A stretch of 64,000 nucleotides of DNA. Source: an uncultured Alphaproteobacteria bacterium (lineage in GTDB: Bacteria; Pseudomonadota; Alphaproteobacteria; Rhodobacterales; Rhodobacteraceae). A program made the translations under genes and the position numbers. Shown in pieces: positions 26,492-35,359 of this stretch. The stretch's first letter is position 1. Each line of letters opens with the position of its first letter. The notes beneath the pieces were generated by a model that was not told where the DNA came from, ran no database searches, and worked only from the letters and a program-made list of their open reading frames with translations. The stretch is from positions 8,599 to 72,598 of the forward strand of contig CACBNQ010000003.1 in the NCBI GenBank assembly GCA_902540655.1, in the 5' to 3' direction.

Positions 26492-27808
26492 TTAAGTGCC
26501 AGGGATCCAGTTGGTTCCGGCTAATGGCACTCCAGCCATTGCAGCCGACTCCACTGTTAAAGCGCATAAATCTTCTGGTTCTAAGTTTCTAAGATCATTT
26601 TTACCACAAGCTCTTGCAATGGTTTGTGCTTCCATAGTCATTACATTAAGGTAATTTGCCAACCGCCTCCCCCCTAGCTTAGGGTCCAAACGCTTAGACA
26701 GTTTTTTATCTTGAGTAGTTATTCCTGCAGGATCGAGACCTTCGTGCCAATCATCAAACGAACCAGCTTTTGTACCTAATTTTTCATAATCTTTCTGATA
26801 CCTAGGATCATTGTCTCCAAGTGCAATCAAAGCAGCAGACCCAATCGATACTGCATCAGCACCTAAAGCCAATGCTTTTGCTACATCAGCACCATTCCTT
26901 ATTCCTCCTGAAATAATGAGCTGTACCTTTCTATGCAAGCCTAATTCCTGCAATGCTCTTACCGCGGGCCTTACACACGCCAGCGTGGGCATACCTACAT
27001 TTTCGATAAATACCTCTTGAGTCGCTGCTGTACCTCCTTGCATTCCGTCGACAACCACGACATCGGCACCAGATTTGGCAGCTAGAGCAACATCATAATA
27101 TGGTCTGGAACCAGCAACTTTTACAAAAATAGGAACCTTCCATCCAGTAATTTCTCTCAACTCTAGTATCTTGATCTCCATATCGTCTGGCCCTGTCCAA
27201 TCAGGATGCCTACATGGTGATCTTTGATCAATTCCTTTTGGCAGCGTTCGCATCTCCGCAACTCTATCATTTATCTTTTGACCAAGTAACATTCCTCCAC
27301 CACCTGGCTTTGCACCCTGACCCACAACGATTTCGATTGCATCAGCCTTTCTAAGGTCATCAGGGTTCATTCCATATCTAGAGGGAAGAAGTTGATAAAC
27401 TAACTGCTTTGAGTGACCTCTTTCCTCTTTTGTCATTCCTCCATCACCTGTTGTTGTTGACGTTCCAACCAAACTAGCACCTCTTCCTAAAGCCTCTTTT
27501 GCTTGTGCGGATAGCGCTCCGAAGCTCATTCCTGCTATAGTAATTGGAATTTCAAGATTAAGAGGATTAGAACTAAATCGGTCACCCAGGATCACTTTTG
27601 TATTGCAAGATTCTCTGTAGCCCTCCAAAGGATACCTAGAAATTGAAGCTCCAAGAAATAATAAATCATCAAAGTTTGGTAAATTTCTTTTAGATCCCCC
27701 TCCCCTTATGTCATATATACCAGTCTCAGCTGCTCTTCTAATTTCAGAGTTTGTATATGCATCGAAAGTATGCGAAGTTCTTGGTTCTGTTATTGATTTC
27801 TTTTTCAC
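26492..27808 (-). CDS. FMN-binding glutamate synthase family protein (GltB central-domain homologue; GlxD/MgsC-like)
   Basis: VGQGAKPGGGG, ISGGIRNGADVAKALALGADAV and an FMN/Fe-S-domain-like TIM-barrel sequence. Confidence 0.85.
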   Translation of the reverse strand: MKKKSITEPRTSHTFDAYTNSEIRRAAETGIYDIRGGGSKRNLPNFDDLLFLGASISRYPLEGYRESCNTKVILGDRFSSNPLNLEIPITIAGMSFGALSAQAKEALGRGASLVGTSTTTGDGGMTKEERGHSKQLVYQLLPSRYGMNPDDLRKADAIEIVVGQGAKPGGGGMLLGQKINDRVAEMRTLPKGIDQRSPCRHPDWTGPDDMEIKILELREITGWKVPIFVKVAGSRPYYDVALAAKSGADVVVVDGMQGGTAATQEVFIENVGMPTLACVRPAVRALQELGLHRKVQLIISGGIRNGADVAKALALGADAVSIGSAALIALGDNDPRYQKDYEKLGTKAGSFDDWHEGLDPAGITTQDKKLSKRLDPKLGGRRLANYLNVMTMEAQTIARACGKNDLRNLEPEDLCALTVESAAMAGVPLAGTNWIPGT

Positions 27809-27817
27809 GTAATTTTC

Positions 27818-28495
27818 CTAATATATTTTAGCATTATCTACATTAAAGTTATAAAGTGAACGAGCAGAGCCAAACCGCCTAAAGGTATCTGGATTATAAT
27901 CAGAAACATTAGCATTTGATAAAATATTTTCTAAATTACTAAGATGCTTTTTTGTCATTTTTTTCTCAATACAATCTGCACCTAAAGAGGCAACTTCACC
28001 GGCGACATATATATTTGCTTCGTATATGCTATCCCCTAAAGCATGTCCAGCATTACCGAAAATAACCAAATTCCCCTTCTGTGCCATGAAGGCAGACATG
28101 TGGCCAACATTTCCCTTCACAATGATGTCTACACCCTTCATTGAAATACCACATCTTGAAGATGCATTTCCTTCGACTAAGATACTTCCTCCATGTCCCG
28201 AAGCTCCTGCATATTGACTTACATCACCGGTAACATGAATGTTACCTGACATCATATTTTCGCCTAACCCTGGGCCAGCTGATCCTTCAACTTTGATATC
28301 AGATAATTTATTCATTCCTGCAAAGTAATATCCAACACTACCAACAACTTTCACAGTAATCTGTTTATTAATACCAACAGCTAACGCGTGGCTTCCTTTT
28401 GGATTTCTAATAGAAAAAAAGCTATTTTTATCAGATCCTTGCAAAGTCTTATTAATGTCTCTCAAGGACAATTTATTAAAATCAAGAATATTCAT
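27818..28495 (-). CDS. GXGXG-motif protein (GltB C-terminal domain homologue; GlxC/MgsB-like)
   Basis: Repeated beta-helix G-x-G-x-G strings (VKVVGSVGYYFAGM, IKVEGSAGPGLGENM, IHVTGDV, ILVEGNA, IIVKGNVGH). ATG 28495 is preferred over the track TTG at 28510. Confidence 0.85.
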   Translation of the reverse strand: MNILDFNKLSLRDINKTLQGSDKNSFFSIRNPKGSHALAVGINKQITVKVVGSVGYYFAGMNKLSDIKVEGSAGPGLGENMMSGNIHVTGDVSQYAGASGHGGSILVEGNASSRCGISMKGVDIIVKGNVGHMSAFMAQKGNLVIFGNAGHALGDSIYEANIYVAGEVASLGADCIEKKMTKKHLSNLENILSNANVSDYNPDTFRRFGSARSLYNFNVDNAKIY

Positions 28496-28497
28496 TT

Positions 28498-29394
28498 TTA
28501 ATGTCCCCAAAAATAAACAGTGGCGGGCTCTGGCTCCCAGACCTTAGCCTTTTCTATTTTTGGTAAAGAGGTTAAGGCTCTATACTCGGACCCAAAAGCT
28601 ACATAATCAGGGGTCTCTGCAAGTACAGCGGGCTTGCAGGCGATCGGATCTCTTAGAACGCCAAAACCGTTTTCCGTACCAACAACGAACGTATAAAAAC
28701 CATCAAGCTCTACAAGTGCGCTTTCCAAAGCTTCTTTAAGCGTTTTTCCACTATTCATTCTGTAAGTAATAAAGCTGGCAGCTACCTCAGAGTCATTTTC
28801 TGTTTCAAAAGTCATCTCTTTTCTCATTAATTCTCTTCGAAGAGAGTTATGATTTGATAGCGACCCATTATGCACCAAACATTGATCTTCACCCGTGGAG
28901 AATGGATGTGCACCAAGTGTTGTAACTTCAGATTCTGTTGCCATACGGGTATGCCCAATACCGTGGGAACCCTTCATTTTAGCTATATCAAATCTTTTTA
29001 CTACTTCAGCAGGCCTGCCTACCTCTTTATAAATTTCCATTTTTTTACCGACACTTAATATTCTCAAATTGGGGAAGGTGTCATTTATTAGATTGATAAC
29101 CTTATCTTTTTGCTTCACGTCAAGCTTTATGACTGCATGTGTGGAATGAGTTTCAAAACTGAATGATATTTCTTTCTTAGTCGATAAAAACTTTTTTAGC
29201 TTTTGAAAATCATCCTCGGGGGACTGAGACTGAACCATTATTTTAGCTCTCTTTGCAATTGGCTTCCCAAAAATCGCTAATCCAGCACTATCGGGACCTC
29301 TATCGCTCATACTTTCAAGCATTTTTGATAGATGAAGTCCTAGATTTGCAGATATATTCTTTTTTTTTGCGTATAGACCAACTATCCCACACAT
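28498..29394 (-). CDS. Class II (Ntn) glutamine amidotransferase-like protein (GltB N-terminal domain homologue; GlxB/MgsA-like)
   Basis: N-terminal MCGIVGL with the catalytic Cys2. HTRMATES and HNGSLSNH blocks. Confidence 0.85.
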   Translation of the reverse strand: MCGIVGLYAKKKNISANLGLHLSKMLESMSDRGPDSAGLAIFGKPIAKRAKIMVQSQSPEDDFQKLKKFLSTKKEISFSFETHSTHAVIKLDVKQKDKVINLINDTFPNLRILSVGKKMEIYKEVGRPAEVVKRFDIAKMKGSHGIGHTRMATESEVTTLGAHPFSTGEDQCLVHNGSLSNHNSLRRELMRKEMTFETENDSEVAASFITYRMNSGKTLKEALESALVELDGFYTFVVGTENGFGVLRDPIACKPAVLAETPDYVAFGSEYRALTSLPKIEKAKVWEPEPATVYFWGH

Positions 29395-29463
29395 AACAAC
29401 CTCGATATAAAATTTTCAAGCTTTAAACAATATTATGTCATGAAAATATATTTAATTTTTATC

Positions 29464-29994
29464 TTACCTAAAATTTTCAATAGCTTTTTTTAAATCTTTA
29501 TACTCGTCACAGTTTACACCGCAAATTCGTTCAAGCAACTTCAGATTAGCATTTGCCTTTTCTAAATTTTTGTACTGAAGAAATAACTCTCCTTGATACT
29601 CTAAGGCTCCTTTGTGCATTGGGTTTAATTGAAGTGCCTTTTTATAGTATGCATCACTTTTCCCCAATTTATTCATTTTACGGCTAACAAAGCCCAAATA
29701 ATTCTGAATGTCTGCGTTTTGTGGAAATTTTACCTCCAGTGAAATTAATTTAATTTCCGCCTTTTCATATTTTTTTCCATAGACAAGCGATTGCACCATA
29801 TTTAGACCGTTTTTTAATTCAAGGGCGGTTAAGGGATTTGATAAAGAATTACCGGCACCCCCTGAATAACTGCTTGAGGACGAACCACTACTTGAAGATG
29901 TTCCACCTGAATTTGAGGTGGGCAACCCTCCAGCACCCACTAGGGTGAAAAACGAAAAAGCGTACGCAGCGCACGTTAAGAACCTTATTATCAT
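29464..29994 (-). CDS. Exported TPR-repeat protein with a Ser/Gly-rich linker
   Basis: Signal peptide (FLTCAAYAFSFFTLVGAGG), an SSSGSSSSSYSGG low-complexity tract, and TPR-like YYKKALQLNPMHKGALEYQG. Confidence 0.6.
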   Translation of the reverse strand: MIIRFLTCAAYAFSFFTLVGAGGLPTSNSGGTSSSSGSSSSSYSGGAGNSLSNPLTALELKNGLNMVQSLVYGKKYEKAEIKLISLEVKFPQNADIQNYLGFVSRKMNKLGKSDAYYKKALQLNPMHKGALEYQGELFLQYKNLEKANANLKLLERICGVNCDEYKDLKKAIENFR

Positions 29995-30058
29995 CTCAGT
30001 CTCCTTAGAACTCTTAATATATAGTTAGTCAAATTCTTGAAAAAAACAAAAAATGACT

Positions 30059-31087
30059 TCACATTTTTGACGTTTTCTTGTTTTCGGCCATTACACATAT
30101 CATCTCAAACATTATAGCCATAGCTGTATGTGCTGTTATATTATTTGGACTATCTTTTGTTGGCATCATACAAACAATGTCTCCACCAATGACATTCATG
30201 CCTCGTGTGAGCCTTACTAAACTTATTGCTTCATCTATATCGAAGCCTTTAGAGCTTGCTTCCAAATTTGCAACAGCAGGTGCTATTGTTGGATCAAGGC
30301 AATCAAGATCAAACGTAATATATACAGGTCTTCCATCGAGTATTTGTTTTGCTTGAGCGATTACAGATTCAAGACCCCTCTCCCTAAATTCTTTCATTGT
30401 GACAACGTTGTATCCGTACTCATAACTTGGTTCCAGCCAGTCTAATGTACGTGGGTGTCCTCTTAGACCAATTTGCATAGATGATTTGGGATCAACATTA
30501 CCCTGATCAGCAAGGTAAGCGCCCCAATGCGCGGCAGACTTCTTTGAACCTAAAAAATGATCGACTTTCGTAAAAACATCGGTATGCGCATCTAGATGCA
30601 GCAAACTAACAGGCCTCCCATCCGAAATTTTGCCATTTCCAAGAGCTTGGATTATCCCTCCAGTTATGGAATGGTCACCCCCAATAGAGATAGGTTTAGA
30701 GTTGGCATTATCTATTGTTTTAAAAAAATTAGTGATTTGCACTATACAATCTTCGTTATCGTTTGCCTTTGGGAAAGGTACGTCACCCGCATCAATAATT
30801 TTTGCAACATCCCAAGGATTTATTCCAAAATCTAAATGTGCTCGTCGACCAATTGCTGAGATATTCCTAAGCGCCCTTGGCCCCAAATGTTGGTCTCTTT
30901 CGGTTGTCCCATTTCCTGTGGAATGCGGAACGCCCACCAATGAAATATCGCTTCCTAAAACTTTTTCCTGAGGACATCTGAAGAGAGTGGGCACACCCCA
31001 CCAGTATAAGTTTTCCATCATTGAGTTATCGTGTTCTAGTGCCATCTGAAACTCCTCAATATAAAATTCTTTCGATTTTTTGACCAA
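30059..31087 (-). CDS. Ureohydrolase family protein (agmatinase/guanidino-acid hydrolase)
   Basis: Arginase-fold metal motifs GGDHSITGG, LDAHTD and FDLDCLDP. Confidence 0.85.
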   Translation of the reverse strand: MVKKSKEFYIEEFQMALEHDNSMMENLYWWGVPTLFRCPQEKVLGSDISLVGVPHSTGNGTTERDQHLGPRALRNISAIGRRAHLDFGINPWDVAKIIDAGDVPFPKANDNEDCIVQITNFFKTIDNANSKPISIGGDHSITGGIIQALGNGKISDGRPVSLLHLDAHTDVFTKVDHFLGSKKSAAHWGAYLADQGNVDPKSSMQIGLRGHPRTLDWLEPSYEYGYNVVTMKEFRERGLESVIAQAKQILDGRPVYITFDLDCLDPTIAPAVANLEASSKGFDIDEAISLVRLTRGMNVIGGDIVCMMPTKDSPNNITAHTAMAIMFEMICVMAENKKTSKM

Positions 31088-31139
31088 TCTATAGTATAAA
31101 CTAAACTGAGATATCGGGCCAGTCCACCTTTTGGATTAA

Positions 31140-32012
31140 ATGAGATGTAATATGAGAACAATTATACTTGCTATTTTTTCTTTTTTCGTAGTGACTGGCT
31201 ACGCGTTTTCTGATCAAATTCCTTTAAAGTATCAAGGATATTGGTCTGGTAAATCTTGTAAGTTTTCAATAGAGCAATATGCTTTATTTATTGGAACCAA
31301 TGGTTATATTTATGAAGATGACTCTCAGGTTGAATTTAATTTTGTGTTTCCTAAAAATGTAGAAAATTGGACAGCATTTCAAACAAGCGATAACAATCCA
31401 AATTTTAACTATTTTTATCAATTAGATAGGGGACAACTAGTAGAAAGATATCCTCCAGAAAACTGGGATGGGTCTGATTACAGTTTTCTGAAAAACCAGC
31501 AAACGCAAGACACAATATATTATAAATGCGATAGTAATGATCCGTTGATAGAGAGCAAATATGGAGAATTACTTAGCTTGCTAAACAGCTCAGTAGTACA
31601 GTCATGTAGAAACCCTGAGCAAGACAAATGTCTTCAAGATTTATTTAAATTTTTAGATGTAAACAAAGACAAGAGACTTCACCGAGCTGAATTAAATAGA
31701 GGGCTACGTTCCCTAAGCTTGGTTTCAGTTCTTTTTGGCCAAAATACAAATGATGACTTAGATAAGACCACCACCTTTGGAGTGTATGTTGCAATTGTAC
31801 CTTTTTTGCCTCTGATTACCCAAACGTTAATGGCTAATATTGATTATGATGGATCTAATAGTCTTTCAATTGATGAAATATCACAGGATCGAAATGACTT
31901 GTTTTCAGCAATCGTATCTGCAAAAGATGGGGTTATTGAAGATATAAGGTCGCTTCCTGGTGTGCTTCAAAATTTTGCGCCATTGTTACAAGGCTTAGGT
32001 AATTTTAACTAA
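31140..32012 (+). CDS. Exported hypothetical protein with EF-hand-like calcium-binding loops
   Basis: Signal peptide (ILAIFSFFVVTGYAFS). DVNKDKRLHRAEL and DYDGSNSLSIDEI match the DxDxDG-type EF-hand loop pattern. Confidence 0.55.
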   Translation: MRCNMRTIILAIFSFFVVTGYAFSDQIPLKYQGYWSGKSCKFSIEQYALFIGTNGYIYEDDSQVEFNFVFPKNVENWTAFQTSDNNPNFNYFYQLDRGQLVERYPPENWDGSDYSFLKNQQTQDTIYYKCDSNDPLIESKYGELLSLLNSSVVQSCRNPEQDKCLQDLFKFLDVNKDKRLHRAELNRGLRSLSLVSVLFGQNTNDDLDKTTTFGVYVAIVPFLPLITQTLMANIDYDGSNSLSIDEISQDRNDLFSAIVSAKDGVIEDIRSLPGVLQNFAPLLQGLGNFN

Positions 32013-32017
32013 CACAA

Positions 32018-32632
32018 TTAATCATTATCTATATTGCCAGCCCCTGCTCCCGTTGTTCGAGATAGTTCGCTTTCGGGGACCAGCATATTAGATGCTAGAT
32101 TAGAAAGTTCTTTGAATACATTATCATCTAACAACATTCTTGAGCGTTTAGCTAATGGATTGTTCAGTTCACGATTGTTTAAGCGTATCTCTATATCCTT
32201 GCTACGTCTGTAGTTGTCGTTTTCCCAATTAAGTTGATCATTAAAAAGTGCAGCACATATTTCTTCATTTTTATGGAAACTAAAACTAAAACCACAATAG
32301 TTAGATGCTAGTCCAACCAAAAGCATCGAAGAGTCAATATTTTTCAATATCACACTTTTACAAGCCTCTGAAACAAGCAAATCAATTGCGCTAAGACCTT
32401 CGAAAATTGCTCGTGAATTGCTAAAAATAAGACTTACGCCGTTCTTTTGAGGTGATACGGGTGGGTGCCGTTCACATTTTAGGGAATATAAAAGTTCTTT
32501 GCCACCGGGCAAAGAACGTGACTCTAGAAAGGTAACACCAAACGATAAATCTTCACAGACGCCAGCAGGAAGGTTACTACCCATACTTGCGTTAAATACT
32601 AAGTCTTTAAGCTCCGAAAAAGAAAGATCCAT
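32018..32632 (-). CDS. Hypothetical protein (204 aa), translationally coupled to the upstream 565-aa protein
   Basis: ATG 32632 overlaps the upstream TAA by 1 nt (TAATG). No motif that I can assign. Last gene of the minus-strand operon. Confidence 0.6.
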   Translation of the reverse strand: MDLSFSELKDLVFNASMGSNLPAGVCEDLSFGVTFLESRSLPGGKELLYSLKCERHPPVSPQKNGVSLIFSNSRAIFEGLSAIDLLVSEACKSVILKNIDSSMLLVGLASNYCGFSFSFHKNEEICAALFNDQLNWENDNYRRSKDIEIRLNNRELNNPLAKRSRMLLDDNVFKELSNLASNMLVPESELSRTTGAGAGNIDND

Positions 32633-34329
32633 TAGGAGTATTCAAGTGTAGGCATCCACCAATCGTCATTTTTTTGGTCATTAAGCTCGTTTTTTAGAGG
32701 TGCTCCTTGAAATAAATTTACTCTAACCCATCTGTCTGATTTCGGATCAAATTTGGATGCGCCAAAAAAAGATAATTTACAACGTAGCATATCTATAGGT
32801 TTGCAGTGTTCATCAATTAAATTATCGTGTATTTCGGAGTAAGGAGCCCAAGCATTCGTTTGTATCCTGCGAATAATAAATCGATGTTCAGGGTGTTTCA
32901 TTAAAAATTCTGCTAAGATCATATCACCGTGGAAACTTCCAAGATCGGCATGCAAAAAATACACCCTCCTGGCAATATCTAAAGGCCTTTCTAAATCCTG
33001 CCCTTCCTCTTCATACCTGTTTCCCAATCTTGGCTCCAGCTTTTCTTGTGAAACGTACCAAAATCTTGATTGATTTTCTTTCAAAGAAAAATCTATTTTC
33101 AAAGCCCAAGAGAAGTTCTTTTTTATTAAATTAGCTAACTCATGCACTCTCATTTTAGGGTAGAGCATAGGCAATTTGGTGCTCTCTAAACATAGATCAA
33201 GCCCGTCAATCAGATCTCCACCAACTTCCAAAAACAATGAAACGATAAGCTCTTGGCATTCTGTCGAATAATTTTTTGAAATATTAAAAATATTCTTTAA
33301 AGAATTGATTTTTAACAATTTTTCTAAGGTAAATTCATTTATTATTGATGCCCACTCAGCTTTTAAAACATCAATTCTTTTCTTCTGTCTATCATCGTCA
33401 GTATTCCAAGAGTTAATAAAGACTTTAACTCTAGATGTAAGCTCAATTAATCTTTCGGCCTTTTCCTTAGAAAGCTCTGCTAAATCTACCATCCGCGACA
33501 ATGCAGTTTCACGAACTTGAAACCAATTATTCAATAAGACAGGATGTTTGACCAAAAATGGAGCCATCCCAAGCCCAGTTGCATTACCAATTCCTAGATA
33601 TCTTTGAATTTTTTTATCAAGGGGAACAAATTTTTTAGGGTTACGGGCTTTTGCAACATGATTTACTAAGTCTAGTGAAAAGCCTCTAATCAAGTACACG
33701 GTGAGCATTTCAAGCTGAAACGGTACAGAAAAGTCCGAAAGTTCACAATGATTTTTTCTATCATCAATGCCGAATTTTCCGTTTCCATACACTGCTGTGG
33801 TTCGCATTAAATATCCAATTTTATTTATCAGCTCGCTAGGAGGTTGCATGCCTTCACTTAATGACTGCGCTACCAGCTCAAACATTCTTACAGATTTATT
33901 AGCCCTACTCAGAACTAGCTCTGTATTTTTATATCTACCCGCCTCTTGAAAAGGTAACTGCGTTTTAAGCCTTTCAATATCTGAAATTGATGGAACGCCA
34001 TCAAACAGAGCAAAAGAGGTATCCCAAGCAGATGCAATAACTCTATCAGTCCTTTGTGAAGTCTCTATATGATTAGAAAATGCGATTAAAGCCAGGTTTT
34101 TACCAAAGAGGTTCAATTGATAAACCGCACTACCAAATCCGTTTTCATCCATTTTCCAACGCGAACAACTGATGCGCGTTTTTTGCTGTATCATTTTACG
34201 GATCAATATTCTTGAAAAAGACAGCCTTGATGGATGGATAGACCCCATTCTTTCCAGTTTCATAACCTCAGAAGGCTTTCTAATATTTGGCTGTGGCGCA
34301 CACAACTGTTCTTCTTTTTCTATCACCAA
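32632..34329 (-). CDS. Hypothetical protein (about 565 aa), no recognisable family
   Basis: Long uninterrupted ORF one nucleotide downstream of the M19 dipeptidase stop. Conserved-looking blocks SRANKSVRMFE and GIGNATGLGMAPFLVKHP. No TM segments, Walker motifs or Cys clusters. The start is uncertain (TTG 34329, GTG 34326 or a later ATG). Confidence 0.65.
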   Translation of the reverse strand: MVIEKEEQLCAPQPNIRKPSEVMKLERMGSIHPSRLSFSRILIRKMIQQKTRISCSRWKMDENGFGSAVYQLNLFGKNLALIAFSNHIETSQRTDRVIASAWDTSFALFDGVPSISDIERLKTQLPFQEAGRYKNTELVLSRANKSVRMFELVAQSLSEGMQPPSELINKIGYLMRTTAVYGNGKFGIDDRKNHCELSDFSVPFQLEMLTVYLIRGFSLDLVNHVAKARNPKKFVPLDKKIQRYLGIGNATGLGMAPFLVKHPVLLNNWFQVRETALSRMVDLAELSKEKAERLIELTSRVKVFINSWNTDDDRQKKRIDVLKAEWASIINEFTLEKLLKINSLKNIFNISKNYSTECQELIVSLFLEVGGDLIDGLDLCLESTKLPMLYPKMRVHELANLIKKNFSWALKIDFSLKENQSRFWYVSQEKLEPRLGNRYEEEGQDLERPLDIARRVYFLHADLGSFHGDMILAEFLMKHPEHRFIIRRIQTNAWAPYSEIHDNLIDEHCKPIDMLRCKLSFFGASKFDPKSDRWVRVNLFQGAPLKNELNDQKNDDWWMPTLEYS

Positions 34330-34330
34330 C

Positions 34331-35335
34331 TTATATCTCTTTATTAAAAGAATTTTTAAAAAACTTCATCCAGTTGAGTCCCATAATAGAATTAATTTCA
34401 TCATTATCAAATCCAATATGCTTTAATCCATCCTTAATATTGTTAAAATCTTTGTTTGATTTGAACCAATTAGGCTGAATAGGAAAGCCAGGGTTAGAAG
34501 AATCTCCTTCTCCAAAGTCTTTTGTTTTGGTCCATCTTCCATTTCTCATCCACTCCACGATACTATCAGGCTGATTTTGACAAAGATCACTTCCTATCCC
34601 AATATTTTTTGATCCAAATTTTTCTGCCGTTTTTGCGATCATTTTACAAAAATCTTTAATAGTACAATCACTTCCATTATGTAAATGGTGAGGATAAAGA
34701 GAAAATCCCAGCATACCACCATTTTTAAACATTCGATCTAGAACTTCATCTGACTTATTTCTTAAAGCAGAATGCCAGAAGGCTGGATTAGCATGAGTAA
34801 TTGCAATCGGCCGTGACGAATTATCAATTGCCTCTAAAGTTGACCGATCAGAAGAATGGCTCATGTCAACAACAATCCCAAGCCTATTCATTTCTTTAAT
34901 AACTTCTTTCCCCATTCTTGTTAAGCCAGGGTCATTCTTTTCATAACAACCTGTAGCAAGAAGCGATTGATTATTATAAGAAAGCTGCATAAATCGAACA
35001 CCAAGCTTTTGCCAAACTTCTAACAAAGAAATATCATCTTCTATTGGAGACGGGTTTTGAAAACCAAAAATAATCGCTGTTTTATTATTTTTCTTAGCAG
35101 ATAATATTTCATCATAGCTACTTGCTTGCACTATATACTCCGAATAACTATTGAAATATTCGTTCCATTTCTCAAGGTTTAAAACAGCTTCCCGAAAGTT
35201 TTCATGGTAAGCAATAGTTACGTGGACACAGTCAACTGCACCTTGTCTCATCTGCTCAAAAATTTCCTTAGACCAATTAGCATACTGCAAACAATCTACT
35301 GTAAAATTATTGCTTGTTTCCGAGTCAATAGACAA
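34331..35335 (-). CDS. Membrane (renal-type) dipeptidase family M19 protein
   Basis: Amidohydrolase-fold M19 blocks VDCVHVTI, VDMSHSSDRS, ITHANP and GIGSDL. Confidence 0.8.
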   Translation of the reverse strand: MSIDSETSNNFTVDCLQYANWSKEIFEQMRQGAVDCVHVTIAYHENFREAVLNLEKWNEYFNSYSEYIVQASSYDEILSAKKNNKTAIIFGFQNPSPIEDDISLLEVWQKLGVRFMQLSYNNQSLLATGCYEKNDPGLTRMGKEVIKEMNRLGIVVDMSHSSDRSTLEAIDNSSRPIAITHANPAFWHSALRNKSDEVLDRMFKNGGMLGFSLYPHHLHNGSDCTIKDFCKMIAKTAEKFGSKNIGIGSDLCQNQPDSIVEWMRNGRWTKTKDFGEGDSSNPGFPIQPNWFKSNKDFNNIKDGLKHIGFDNDEINSIMGLNWMKFFKNSFNKEI

Positions 35336-35359
35336 ATCAAATCCCCCTGCTGATATCCT

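Noticed and set aside
30596-30971. Two plus-strand ORFs (79 and 113 aa) inside the ureohydrolase gene
   Set aside because: They are antisense to a gene with all arginase-fold metal motifs. They are shadow ORFs.
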